Both the position numbers and the translations under genes were made by a program. DNA of 64,000 nucleotides, from IMG/VR virus record IMGVR_UViG_3300042139_000023. The stretch is one strand, 5' to 3'. The notes beneath the pieces were generated by a model. That model had not been told where the DNA came from and did no database searches. It saw nothing but the letters and a program-made list of their open reading frames with translations. This stretch comes from a virus (lineage: Duplodnaviria; Caudoviricetes). The first letter of the stretch is position 1. Each line of letters begins with the position of its first letter. This document shows, piece by piece, positions 27,584 to 37,725 of this stretch.

Positions 27584-28496
27584 GTGACGTACGAGAAGGA
27601 CGAGGTCTACGGCACGACGACGCGCCGGACTCTGGCGTACACGCGCGCCCAGGACGAGCTGCTCACGGCAGACTTCCGGCCCCGCGCGGTGCCTGCGCCT
27701 GTTCAGCCCCAGGAGCGCATGGCCCCGCTGCCGCCCGAGGAGACCAGCCCGTACGGACCGGAGGCGATCGTCCGGGCCCGCGAGATGGACTACGAGCTGA
27801 CGACACGCATCCAGCAGGAGTCGCCGTACGTGGCGCAGGAGGTGGTCGAGCACAAGATCCACGACTACCGGCTGTACGTCGGCATGTGGATCGTGGCCGG
27901 TCTGAGCGCCGTGACGGCCTTCCTCACGTTCGACCTCGTCCACCTGGCCATAGCCGGTGTCGCGGTCGTCTTCGCTCTGATGTCCTCCCCCGGTCAGCAG
28001 TACCGGGATGCGGATTGACGCATCCAGCATGGCTGCCATAGACTGAACTTACCCGAACGGAAGGGAAGTTCATGGGAGTCCTCAAGCGCGTCAAGCGCCT
28101 CCTGATGCAGGGCGGCGGCGTGGCTGTCGTCGAGAACACCGGCCCGGCGACAGCCACCGATGGCGGCTCTGCGATCACCGGCTACAGCGGTCCGCCGCCG
28201 AAGCGCGGTCAGACCGTCGTCGTGAAGAACACCGGCCCCGCGACCGCATCTGGTCCCGGCAGCCGGGCCGTCTCCGGAATCGACTACACCTGATGGCCGG
28301 GCGGAAGAAGTCCGAGCAGGGGCCGGAAAAACGCGAAGAGCGCACCGTCGTGCGTTGGACGAAGAGCGAGAAGAAGCGACTCGCTACGGCCAAGCAGAGC
28401 ATGGGTGTTCCGTACGACGTCGATGTGGTGCGGATTCTGACCCTACGGGGTCTCGATTCCCTGCTGGGCAAGGAGCCGGAAAACGTGGCAGAGTGA
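27584..28496 (+). CDS. three small ORFs (27584-28018 two-TM; 28072-28293 with duplicated VV.NTGPATA motif; 28293-28496 basic, RHH/HTH-like)
   Basis: RBSs and coupled starts; internal repeat VVENTGPATA/VVKNTGPATA. Confidence 0.55.
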
Positions 28497-28501
28497 TCGC
28501 C

Positions 28502-28687
28502 ATGACGAACAGCATCTCCCCGGATCCCCTGGTCGACATCACCGAGGCCGCCGCGCGCATGGGTGTGAAGGAACGCCGGGCCCGCCGCATTCTCGCTCAG
28601 AACCTGATCCAGCCGGTCCGGACCGCCCAGGGGATTCGCTACCGGCTGGACGACGTCCGCGACGTGAAGCGGATGTACCAGCAGTGA
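28502..28687 (+). CDS. excisionase/MerR-like HTH protein
   Basis: LVDITEAAARMGVKERRARR..GIRYRLDDV. Confidence 0.7.
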   Translation: MTNSISPDPLVDITEAAARMGVKERRARRILAQNLIQPVRTAQGIRYRLDDVRDVKRMYQQ

Positions 28688-28831
28688 AGACGTTTCTCAG
28701 GCAGGCCGTGAAGGAGCTGACGTTCGCCGTCGTGGCGATGGCTGTCTTTTCGGTGCTGTTCATCCTGGGCCATCTTGCGATTTACCAGGAGTGGCCCCGC
28801 TGGAAGTAGCGGGGCCTGGAATGGAGAAGAA

Positions 28832-29377
28832 GTGAACGATCAGGAGATCCGCGCTGCCGCCGCCCAGGCTGCGGCCACGCTCATGGCTCCGATGCAGCCC
28901 ATGCCCGCCGACTTCGTCGCCGTGGCCGAGGTCGTCGAGGCGTTCATCCGGGACGGCAAGGAGGCGGCCTTCGCTCTCACGGTCCCCCTGGACGCCCCGA
29001 CCCAGCTCCCGGCCCCCGAACCCGAGCCGCCCGCCCAGGCGAGTCAGGCTCCGGTCGAGGACGTCCGTCCGATCCAGGACGCGGCGCCCCCGGAGGATCC
29101 CACCCCTGCGCCCCAGCCCGAGCCGGAGGCCCAGGTGATCCAGATGGTGGGTCGCGTCGCCTCCCCGAAGCAGCAGGAGGCCCGGAGCATCATCGAGCGC
29201 AAGAAGAAGGAGCGCGTCGATTCGATCGTGGCCGAGGCTTCTGTCGCCAAGGTCAAGGCCCACAAGCAGCGCCTTCTCGACGACGCCGAGGGGGCTGGGT
29301 TGTCTGACTACCCCGTCGTGATCAAGGGTTCGACGATGACCCTGGGAACGTATCTCGGTTCCCTGCTTGGAAGTTGA
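28832..29377 (+). CDS. hypothetical Pro/Glu-rich protein
   Basis: GGAG RBS, GTG start. Confidence 0.6.
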   Translation: MNDQEIRAAAAQAAATLMAPMQPMPADFVAVAEVVEAFIRDGKEAAFALTVPLDAPTQLPAPEPEPPAQASQAPVEDVRPIQDAAPPEDPTPAPQPEPEAQVIQMVGRVASPKQQEARSIIERKKKERVDSIVAEASVAKVKAHKQRLLDDAEGAGLSDYPVVIKGSTMTLGTYLGSLLGS

Positions 29378-29454
29378 CCTCTTCTGGTGATAGAATCGCA
29401 GAAGAAGGGAAAACGCCGGTATCTTTGAGTGACCAGTTCACGAGGAGGTACCGA

Positions 29455-29745
29455 ATGCTCAGCACAGGCGCGACCATCAGCCGGACCGTCGAGAATCTGC
29501 TGGCCATCATGGTCAGCGAGGACCGAGATCGACTGGCTGGAAGCACGGTCCGCAAGGTGTACTCGGAGAAACTGAAGGCGCTGGCAACGCACCTCGGAGT
29601 CTCCGAAGCGTACCTGCCGAGGAAGATCCAGGCAGGCACGTGGGATGCGAAGGAACTCGATCAACTCGCCGAGTTCTTCGAGATGTGGCCCGGCGATTTC
29701 GTTCCGGGCCCAGAAGATGAGAAAACGGAAACGGAGAAGGCGTGA
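29455..29745 (+). CDS. XRE-like HTH regulator
   Basis: LKALATHLGVSEAYL.RKI..GTW...ELDQLAEFF; promoter TTGGAA-18-TAGAAT at 29367-29396. Confidence 0.65.
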   Translation: MLSTGATISRTVENLLAIMVSEDRDRLAGSTVRKVYSEKLKALATHLGVSEAYLPRKIQAGTWDAKELDQLAEFFEMWPGDFVPGPEDEKTETEKA

Positions 29746-31256
29746 AGTTCACGGACGAACAGCAGGCCGCGATCGACCTCGCCCTGAAGGGTGAGAACTT
29801 CTCCCTCGTGGCCCCGGCCGGTTCGGGCAAGAGCGCCACGGCGCTCGGCATCGCCATCGCGATGAAGTCCACGCTGGTCAGCCAGGGCCTCAAGGGCCTC
29901 TACTTGGTCTACAACACGCAGGCACGCAAGGAAGCGGAGGCGAAGTTCAAGCGGGCGGGCATCACCTGGTTCGACGTCCGCACCACGAGCCAGCTCGCCT
30001 GGCGCGCGTACGCCAACACGCACAAGGAGCGCATGGCGATCGACGCTCCGGCGGTCCCCGCCAAGGAGGTCGCGAAGGCGCTGGACCTGACCCCGAAGGA
30101 CTTCGGCGACAAGCTGATCCTCGACGGGTTCACCCAGGCCCGTCTGGCTTCCGACGCGATCGAGCGGTTCTGCAACTCGAACCACGTCCAGCTCACCGAG
30201 AAGGACGTCTACATTCCGGTCGCCGGGCCGGGCGAGGCCGCCATCAAGGCGGCGCAGTCCTTCATCGCGAAGCTCGCATGGGCGCTGTGGAAGCAGTCGA
30301 TCATGCCGAACTCCCGCCTCCGCTTCACGATGAACCACGCGTTCAAGCTGGTCGCCGAGAGCGGCAAGGACTACGGCTACGGAGTCGTCCTGATCGACGA
30401 GGCGCAGGACAGCAACGACGCCACGATGAAGTTCCTGCTCAACCAGAAGAACGCGCAGGGCATCCTCATCGGCGACCCGGCGCAGTCCCTGTACGCCTGG
30501 CGCGGCGCCTCCGACCAGATCATGCGGTACGACGCCCCGCGCCTGTACCTCACCCAGTCGTTCCGCTTCGGCGACGGTGTCGCCGAGGAGGCGATGAAGC
30601 ACCTGCCCCACACGGAGACCGGCGTCACGATCAAGGGCCTTTCCTCCATCGCCGACATGGTCACCGAGGATGACATGGAGGACCCGAACGTCGTCCTCAC
30701 CCGGACCAACGCGGGCGCCATGACCTACGCGATCAGCTACCTGAAGGCGGGCAAGCGGGTCGCGATGGTCAAGGGCACCAAGCAGATCCTGGACATCGCC
30801 TACGCGGCCCGCGACCTGATGGCGGGCAAGAAGGCGCGAAGCCTGGAACTGAGTGCCTTCGACAACTGGGCCGAGCTGGTCGAGTACACGAAGGAACCCG
30901 GCGGCGGTCACCTCAAGGCGATCGTGAAGCTGATCAACGTGTACGGCATCAGCGACCTGATCGCCGCGTGCAACCGCATGGCCCGGTACAACGAGCCGCA
31001 CGACGTGGCGGTCACCACGTGCCACTCGATCAAGGGCCTGGAGTGGAAGAAGGTCCAGATCGGCGACGACTTCTTCGAGCCGGAGCCGTTCGAGAACCCG
31101 CTCACCCAGGAGATGGAGCCGGGTGTCATCGACCGGCACGAAGCGATGATCCACTACGTGGCGGTCACCCGGGCCCAGGAGCACCTGGACCGTGGCGGCC
31201 TGAAGTGGATCGACAACTACCCGGCGCCGGTCGGCGGCCATGCCCTCCGGAAGTGA
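29742..31256 (+). CDS. UvrD/Rep-family (SF1) helicase
   Basis: FTDEQ, APAGSGKS, VLIDEAQD, IGDPAQSLYAWRGA, LTQSFRFG, TTCHSIKGLEW, YVAVTRA. Confidence 0.92.
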   Translation: MKFTDEQQAAIDLALKGENFSLVAPAGSGKSATALGIAIAMKSTLVSQGLKGLYLVYNTQARKEAEAKFKRAGITWFDVRTTSQLAWRAYANTHKERMAIDAPAVPAKEVAKALDLTPKDFGDKLILDGFTQARLASDAIERFCNSNHVQLTEKDVYIPVAGPGEAAIKAAQSFIAKLAWALWKQSIMPNSRLRFTMNHAFKLVAESGKDYGYGVVLIDEAQDSNDATMKFLLNQKNAQGILIGDPAQSLYAWRGASDQIMRYDAPRLYLTQSFRFGDGVAEEAMKHLPHTETGVTIKGLSSIADMVTEDDMEDPNVVLTRTNAGAMTYAISYLKAGKRVAMVKGTKQILDIAYAARDLMAGKKARSLELSAFDNWAELVEYTKEPGGGHLKAIVKLINVYGISDLIAACNRMARYNEPHDVAVTTCHSIKGLEWKKVQIGDDFFEPEPFENPLTQEMEPGVIDRHEAMIHYVAVTRAQEHLDRGGLKWIDNYPAPVGGHALRK

Positions 31257-32410
31257 CCGCGACTGGCTGAAGGCCGAACTGGCGGGGTCCCTCGAAGGAT
31301 TCCGCCAGTTCGGCTGGAGCGTCGAGACCGGCCACACGAAGAAGACGTTCCAGGAGTTCGCCCACGGGCGGCACAGGAACCCCTTCGGGATGGACGAGTC
31401 TCTGGTCACCGCCCGTTTCACCGACGACGGGCGGCTGGAGCTAAAGAGGTACGCACTCCCGCGCGGCATCACCGAGTGGATCGAGTGTGACGAGGCGGCC
31501 TTCCTGGGCTTCCTCGCCGAGGGCGAGACCGGGCTGGACAAGGGTTCGCACTTCACGCGGCCCACGTACTGCCCGTGCGACAAGAAGCGCCACCGCTCCG
31601 TCCTGCGGGGCGAGGCGTTCGCCCGGCGAGTCGCCCAGGAGGCGGGCAGCGACGGCCTTCAGCGCGCCTACCGGTGCGACTGGAACGCACGTGCCGTGCA
31701 CCTCTCCAGCAAGAAGCGCGGCACGCTCGGCGAGCCGATCCCCGGCGCCTACGTGGTGCTGGCTGAAGGGTGGAACTCGTGAAGCACGAAACACCGGCCC
31801 TGTGGCGCCCCGTTGAGGGGCGCCTGGTCATCAAGATGCCCTTCGCGAAGACGAATCGGGCCTGGTTCAAGAGCGTGCTCGGCAGCCGGATCCGGCCCGA
31901 CTGGAACGGTGAGACGAAGCGCTGGGAGATCGCCCGGGATCACTTCGGTCCGCTGGTGCAGGCGCTCGCGCAGCGCTACGGCAAGGTCGACGTCTACATG
32001 GACTTCCGCCAGACCGAGCGGTGTGACACCCGGTGCCGGAACGCCCGGAGCCGCGAATGCACCTGCTCCTGCCTCGGCAAGAGCCACGGCCAGGGAGTCA
32101 GCTTCGGCTGGAAGGTCGTCAGCGACAACCACACGATGGTGCGCACCACCGGCACCATCCGGCGGCACATCGTCGTCGAGCGCGACGAGGAGGACTGATG
32201 GGCAAGCCGACGCCCCGCATCGCCTGCCACCTCTGGCAGCCGTTCAACCACGTCGGTCACGCCTACCGGCGCGGCGACCAGACCGTCCACTGTCCCGGGC
32301 GCAACCGGCCCGGGATGCCATGGGTGAGCCCGAAGCCCAGCCGGGCAACCCAGCGGGCGGCCGTCATGACGGCCTGGATGGAGCAGCACCCCGAGAGCTT
32401 CGTTTCGTGA
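31240..32410 (+). CDS. three hypothetical ORFs (31240-31782, 31779-32198 with CxxxC..CxCxC cluster, 32198-32410)
   Basis: Coupled overlaps; CDTRCRNARSRECTCSCLGKSHG. Confidence 0.6.
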
Positions 32411-32418
32411 GGAGAGAG

Positions 32419-32793
32419 ATGACGCAAGAGCAGGAGAAAGTCCCCGAGATCCACCAGGTGATCCGGTCCCTGACCGACTGGCTCGGGCCCTCACTGCTCG
32501 GTGAGCTGTGCGGCCTGCCCGGGGCGGCGCCGCTGAGGCGCTGGCTGGTCCAGCCCCCCGACATCGAGACCGAGGCGAAGCTGCGCATCGGGTACGACGT
32601 GTTCCAGATCCTCCGCAAGGCGGAGGGTGTCGACATCGCCCGCGCCTGGATGATCGGCATGAACCCGCACCTGGTCAACCACGACGGCGGCAACTACCCC
32701 GACGGCTGCCCCACCACGGAGATCGGACTGGGGTACGGCACGGACGTCCTCGCGGCGGCCCGCGCCTACGTGCAGGACCCGAGCGTCACGTGA
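32419..32793 (+). CDS. Xre/MbcA/ParS-antitoxin-like protein
   Basis: LRRW..P....EAKLR....VF..L...EG.DIARAWMIGMNPHL resembles actinobacterial Xre/MbcA-like domain. Confidence 0.5.
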   Translation: MTQEQEKVPEIHQVIRSLTDWLGPSLLGELCGLPGAAPLRRWLVQPPDIETEAKLRIGYDVFQILRKAEGVDIARAWMIGMNPHLVNHDGGNYPDGCPTTEIGLGYGTDVLAAARAYVQDPSVT

Positions 32794-33071
32794 AGCGCGA
32801 ATGGCAGGGGAAGTCCCTGGACTCCTTGCTGGCCAAGAGGCGGGAGATCGGCCGGATCAACGAGCAGATCTTCCGCCTCTCTGATCGGCGCGGCCGGATC
32901 GAAAGAGACTTCCTCGACGAGCTGGCCGTTCTCCTCGGGTGCCCCGAAGCGACCCTGCTGGACTCCCACCACATCTGCCCGGAGTCTCCGATCGAGCACT
33001 GCGTGTTCGAGATCACGATCGACACCACCGATCTGAGCTGCATGTTCTGCGGCGGCAAGATCAACCGATAG
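32790..33071 (+). CDS. small zinc-finger-like protein
   Basis: HICPESPIEHC..CMFCG. Confidence 0.55.
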   Translation: MKREWQGKSLDSLLAKRREIGRINEQIFRLSDRRGRIERDFLDELAVLLGCPEATLLDSHHICPESPIEHCVFEITIDTTDLSCMFCGGKINR

Positions 33072-33085
33072 CGGAAAGAGAGAAG

Positions 33086-33712
33086 ATGAAGGCCACCTAC
33101 CCCGGCTTCGAGTTCGTCTACGGCGACTCCGAGTTCACCCCCGACAACCACACCCCGGCGGGCCTGGTGTCCACGGCCCTCCAGGCGGATCACGACTGGC
33201 TGTACCTGGTGAACGCCGAGACGGACCGCGAGGACTTCTGCTCCGACCCGTTCCGGCGTGACCACATCTGGTCGAAGCTGCCCCTGCGGGCCGACGGCTC
33301 GCTCGACCGCAGCAGCCCCTACGTGGTCCCGTACAGCGCCATCTGCTCGGCCGTTGGATCCTTCTTCGACGGCCTGACCGACAAGCAGAAGTACAAGAAC
33401 CGGATCGGCTTCGTCGCAGATCACTGCACGCAGGACATGCAGCGGATCCACGACATGTTCCACAACGACTGGTTCGGCGAGATGCCCCAGTCCGTCCCGA
33501 AGCACCCGTTTGTCGACCTGGCCTCCCTGGAGATGCTGGCCGGAGTCGAGGACGACCACCTGCCCAGCGGCCTCCGGCTGCCCGAGAAGTACGCCGAGAG
33601 GGCCCACCACGCCCTCTACGATGCCCGCTGGGACAAGGAGGTCCACGAGTTCCTGCTGGGGCACTCCAGGGCCGTACGGGTGGCTTCCGGCGTCGAGCGC
33701 CTGGAGGACTGA
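33086..33712 (+). CDS. DEDDh 3'-5' exoribonuclease (Rv2179c/DUF5051-like)
   Basis: YGDSEF..LVSTAL..YLVNAE..DHIWSKL..HHALYDARW. Confidence 0.8.
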   Translation: MKATYPGFEFVYGDSEFTPDNHTPAGLVSTALQADHDWLYLVNAETDREDFCSDPFRRDHIWSKLPLRADGSLDRSSPYVVPYSAICSAVGSFFDGLTDKQKYKNRIGFVADHCTQDMQRIHDMFHNDWFGEMPQSVPKHPFVDLASLEMLAGVEDDHLPSGLRLPEKYAERAHHALYDARWDKEVHEFLLGHSRAVRVASGVERLED

Positions 33713-34056
33713 TGGCCGAGGGTCACCGCTACCTCCCGAGCCCGGTGTACGTCCTGAAGGCCGAGATCGATCACGACCGGATGGACTGCGAGGATGACGA
33801 TCCCCGCAAGGTGTGGGTCGTCGCCTCGTGGTCCCTGCGCCGGGCCGTGCTCACCCATGCCGCGCCGTTCCTGGAGGCGGCCGGTACCACGGACGTGATG
33901 TCCCTGGAGGGCAAGCACTTCATGACCCGGATCGATCTGAGCGACCCGCCACCCTTCGAGCACGAGGGCGGCGAGCGGCTGGAGTGGCCCGAGCTGAGGC
34001 TGGCCCGACCGATCGCAGAGATCTGCGCCGACCTGGGGATCGAACCCCCACAGTGA
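33712..34056 (+). CDS. hypothetical protein
   Basis: Coupled start. Confidence 0.55.
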   Translation: MAEGHRYLPSPVYVLKAEIDHDRMDCEDDDPRKVWVVASWSLRRAVLTHAAPFLEAAGTTDVMSLEGKHFMTRIDLSDPPPFEHEGGERLEWPELRLARPIAEICADLGIEPPQ

Positions 34057-34142
34057 GATCCGCGCCGCTGGCGCGTCATACAAGAAGGTGGCGTTCCTGG
34101 GCCCCGCCCCGGCGGGGCCCATCCGCCCGGACTGGAGAAGAG

Positions 34143-34688
34143 ATGACCAAGCCCTTTCTGCTGATCGACGTGGACGGGCCGTTGAACCCGCACGCCGCGA
34201 AGCCGCACCGCCGCCCCGAGGGGTACAGCACACATCGCCTGAACCCCACCGACCAGAACGGCGAGCACTGGACGAACGTCTACGGCAAGCCCTTGCGTGT
34301 CTGGCTGAACGAGTCGCACGGCGTCGAGCTGCTGAAGCTGGCCGAGCACTTCACGCTCGCGTGGGCCAGCATGTGGGGCCCCGAGGCGAACGAGTGGATC
34401 GGTCCGCTCATCGGCCTGCCCGAGCTGGAGTACGTGGACTTCTGGGCCAACGACCCGCATCCGGAGAAGAACGGCCGCACCGACGGCGTCTTCTGGAAGA
34501 CGCCGCACATCGTGGCGTGGGCCGACGGGCGCCCGTTCGCCTGGATCGACGACGAGATCCAGACCGGCGACCGCGAGTTCGTGGCCGCCGGTCATCAGGG
34601 CCAGGCCCTGCTGCACCACGTCAGCCCGAGGACCGGGCTGCTCGACGAGGACTTCAAGGCGCTCGCGGCGTGGGTCGCCGGGCTGTAG
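34143..34688 (+). CDS. HAD phosphatase of the Swiss-Army-Knife RNA-repair type
   Basis: LLIDVDGPLNP..WASMWG..AN..WKT......GRPFAWIDD..VSPRTGL. Confidence 0.8.
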   Translation: MTKPFLLIDVDGPLNPHAAKPHRRPEGYSTHRLNPTDQNGEHWTNVYGKPLRVWLNESHGVELLKLAEHFTLAWASMWGPEANEWIGPLIGLPELEYVDFWANDPHPEKNGRTDGVFWKTPHIVAWADGRPFAWIDDEIQTGDREFVAAGHQGQALLHHVSPRTGLLDEDFKALAAWVAGL

Positions 34689-34702
34689 GAGGGGGGAAGA
34701 CC

Positions 34703-35203
34703 ATGAAGCAGGAGCAGAACGTACCGGTGCGCGGATGCTGCGACCGCACCGAGGAGCTGGCCCGGAGGGCGCACGAGGGCGGTGAGATCTTCTACCTCAC
34801 GGATCAGAGCCGGACCCTGGCGGCCATCGTTCCGGTCGGCTCGAAGGCCAGCGCCGCGCCGGATAGCACGCTCGACGCTGCGTACGACGCGGCCTTCCCG
34901 GGTCTTCCGGGGGAGATGACCGAGGGCGAGGCCAGGAGGCGCCTGACGGCGGCACTGAACGCCGCCTACCCGCACCTGGCCGACCTGCTGGAACGGGCCG
35001 AGGAGCGTGGTGCCCGGCGGGCGATGTCAGAGGCGTGGCGTAGGTTCGAGCTGAACACGGAGGAGCCCGACAACCCCTCGGCCGACGCGCTCGCCCGGCA
35101 CATCGCGGACCACCCGGTCTCGACGATCCAGGCGGCGATGCGGATCCTGGGATGGAAGGTTTCCTTCGAACTCGTCATGCAGGAAAACGACCAGAACGCC
35201 TGA
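34703..35203 (+). CDS. hypothetical protein with Phd/YefM-like N-terminus
   Basis: ELARRAHEGGEIFYLTDQSRTLAAIVPV resembles the prevent-host-death fold. Confidence 0.45.
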   Translation: MKQEQNVPVRGCCDRTEELARRAHEGGEIFYLTDQSRTLAAIVPVGSKASAAPDSTLDAAYDAAFPGLPGEMTEGEARRRLTAALNAAYPHLADLLERAEERGARRAMSEAWRRFELNTEEPDNPSADALARHIADHPVSTIQAAMRILGWKVSFELVMQENDQNA

Positions 35204-35303
35204 TCCGTGATTCTGAGAACAGAGATTCGCGAAAATCTCGCAGGTCTCTGATAGAGTGATACTCACAAGCCCCGGAAGACGGGGCTTCGGAAGGGGAACG
35301 AAC

Positions 35304-36011
35304 GTGAGCCAGGACAGCATCGTCGACAAGCAGCTCTACTTCAACGTCCGCACGAAGAAGATCGTTGCCGTGCTCGGCAAGGACAGCCGTGAGGCGAACA
35401 TCGCCACGGTCAACGACGGCAGCCTCGGCCGCCGCCGCACCGTGCGGGCCTCGCTCATCCACTCGGAGTACCTGGCCTCCGACGGTCAGCCGCAGGACAA
35501 CGGCTACGTGCCGCTGGCGGCCCTCCCGGAGGACCACCCCCACGCCGTCAAGGCGCCGGAGAAGAACTGGAGCGGCATGAACCCCGACGACATCGACAAC
35601 CTCGACGACGCGGCGCTGGCCGTGTTCATCCTGGAGCAGGAGCGCATCAAGAAGGACGCGGCCGACATGGTCGAGCGCGCCAAGGCCGTGGCGAAGTTCC
35701 GCCGGGGCGGCAACCTGGGGATCGACATCCAGGACGGTGTGGCCCTCGTCTACACGTCCGGCACGAAGTTCGACGCCCCGACCGCCAAGCGGAACCTGTC
35801 GAAGGAGGACTACCAGCGGATCCTCCTGCCGAAGCCCGACGCCACGATGGCGCGCAAGCTCTTCGAGCACGAGCCCGAGAAGCTGGAGGCGTGCCTGAAG
35901 GACAACGGTCCGACGCTGACGGTCCGCCGGGCGACCGACGAGGACAAGGCGAAGTACCTGGCGTCCCGCCCCTCCGGCAACGACGACGAGGACTTCAGCT
36001 TCGAGGGCTGA
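35304..36011 (+). CDS. hypothetical protein (Gam/gp157-like coiled-coil C-half possible)
   Basis: GAAGGGG RBS; -10 TAGAGT at 35252-35257; terminator AAACGGGCC..GGCCCGTTT 36028-36064. Confidence 0.55.
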   Translation: MSQDSIVDKQLYFNVRTKKIVAVLGKDSREANIATVNDGSLGRRRTVRASLIHSEYLASDGQPQDNGYVPLAALPEDHPHAVKAPEKNWSGMNPDDIDNLDDAALAVFILEQERIKKDAADMVERAKAVAKFRRGGNLGIDIQDGVALVYTSGTKFDAPTAKRNLSKEDYQRILLPKPDATMARKLFEHEPEKLEACLKDNGPTLTVRRATDEDKAKYLASRPSGNDDEDFSFEG

Positions 36012-36082
36012 CCCTCCCGGGTGCAGGAAACGGGCCCCGCTGTCCCCTGAGCGGTGGCCCGTTTCCATGCCAGGATACGGCC

Positions 36083-36790
36083 ATGAACGACATCGCCGTC
36101 CTGATCCCTTACGGGAACGAAACGCCCTGGCGCAAGCAGGCGCTGGAGCACGTGAAGTCCTGGTACGCCAGCGAGCTGGAAAGTCCCAGGATTCAGGTCG
36201 GGTTCAGTGAACAGCCGTGGTGCAAGGCGAAGGCCGTCGCCACCGCGCTGGCCTCCTGTCCCGAGCCGATCGTGATCGTGGCCGACGCGGACTCGATCAC
36301 GCCGGGCCTGAAGCAGGCCGTTCGCGCCGTACGGCAGGGGGCGGCCTGGGCGGTTCCGCACCTGAAGGTGTACCGGATGGGCCAGGTCGCCACGAAGCAC
36401 GTCTTCGAGGGGGCCAACCCCGGCTCCTTCACCGGGCAGCTCCGCTGGCTCGACCAGCGGCCCTACAAGGGCTTCGAGGGCGGCGGCATCACGGTGCTGC
36501 GGCGCGAGGTCTACCTGAACTGCCCTCTCGACCCGGGCTTCGTCGGGTGGGGGCAGGAGGACGAGGCATGGGCGCTCGCCCTGAACGGGATCTACGGCCC
36601 CTCCTGGCGCGGCCGGGCTCCGCTCTACCACCTGTGGCACGAAAAGCCAGCGCGCATCACCCGGTACGCCGGGTCGGCCGAGTCGCTGGCCAGGCTGAAG
36701 CTCTACAAGGAGGCCGGGTCAGGCGGCTCGTGGGACGAACTGATGACCCCCGGCCGGGAGCTGGCCTCCACTGTCAGTGCCCCGGTGTAG
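36083..36790 (+). CDS. GT-A fold glycosyltransferase (GT2/galactosyltransferase-like)
   Basis: VLIPY..VADADS (DxD)..GGGITV..DPGFVGWGQED..LYHLWH. Confidence 0.8.
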   Translation: MNDIAVLIPYGNETPWRKQALEHVKSWYASELESPRIQVGFSEQPWCKAKAVATALASCPEPIVIVADADSITPGLKQAVRAVRQGAAWAVPHLKVYRMGQVATKHVFEGANPGSFTGQLRWLDQRPYKGFEGGGITVLRREVYLNCPLDPGFVGWGQEDEAWALALNGIYGPSWRGRAPLYHLWHEKPARITRYAGSAESLARLKLYKEAGSGGSWDELMTPGRELASTVSAPV

Positions 36791-36799
36791 GGTTGCGAC

Positions 36800-37642
36800 A
36801 TGACAGCAGAAGATCAGGAAAATATTCGCACTTTCGTCGAGGGAATCGCGGTGGCCACCATCACCCGGCCGTCGACCCGCGACAAGCAGAAGGCCCCCGG
36901 CCCGAGCGACCTTGCCGACAAGTGCGACCTCTGCGTGGCACGGAAGATCGCCGCATCACTGGGCATGGGCTCCCACACCGAGCGAGGGTTCAGCCTGAAG
37001 GCGTGGCTCGGCACGGCTGTGCACGAGAAGCTGGAGCGCGACCTGCCTGCGGTGTACGCCCACGCCGAGCAGGAGATCACCGTGGACGTGGCACAGGTCC
37101 CGGGCATCGGCCTGGTGCAGGGGCATGTGGATGTCTTCCTCCCCCGGAAGAAGACCCTGGTCGACTGGAAGACGACCGACCTGAAGAAGCTGAAGAAGTA
37201 CCAGACCCAGGCGGGTCCCGGCGCCTACGTCCACGGGCTGACGGCTCCGGAGCGCGAGGATCTGACCAAGCTCAAGGCGATGGACCGGGCGGGCCTGCTG
37301 ACCGAGGCCGACCTGGGCCGGATGGTCATGCTGATGTCGCGGTCCGAAGAGCACTCGGGCGGCGTGCCGTCGGAGTACATGGGCCAGACGATGCTGTACC
37401 TGTACGGACTGCGGGCGATGGGGCGTGAAGCGGACTACGCTGTCCTCGCGTTCATCCCCCGGGACTCGAACAACGTGAGCGACATCTGGGTGGCCTCCTG
37501 TGCCTACCGGCCCGACGTGGCCCAAGGCGTCATCAACAGGGCCGCTCACCTGGCCTCTCTCGTGCGCACCGGCAAGATCGGTGAGCTTTCGGCCCACCCC
37601 GAGTGCTTCCCGTGCTCGATTCGGCCTAGGCTGCGCGGCTAA
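36800..37642 (+). CDS. Cas4/AddB-like PD-(D/E)xK exonuclease with four-Cys cluster
   Basis: PSDL..KCDLC..GTAVH..GHVD..VDWKT..Q..LY..CFPC; possibly leaderless (TAGGGT 36788-36793, 6 nt before ATG). Confidence 0.85.
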   Translation: MTAEDQENIRTFVEGIAVATITRPSTRDKQKAPGPSDLADKCDLCVARKIAASLGMGSHTERGFSLKAWLGTAVHEKLERDLPAVYAHAEQEITVDVAQVPGIGLVQGHVDVFLPRKKTLVDWKTTDLKKLKKYQTQAGPGAYVHGLTAPEREDLTKLKAMDRAGLLTEADLGRMVMLMSRSEEHSGGVPSEYMGQTMLYLYGLRAMGREADYAVLAFIPRDSNNVSDIWVASCAYRPDVAQGVINRAAHLASLVRTGKIGELSAHPECFPCSIRPRLRG

Positions 37643-37725
37643 ATAGTGGTAGAGTGGAGACACAAGAACACGACACCACGCGAACCAAAAACGACACAAG
37701 AACAAGCACTGAAAACGAGGCACGC

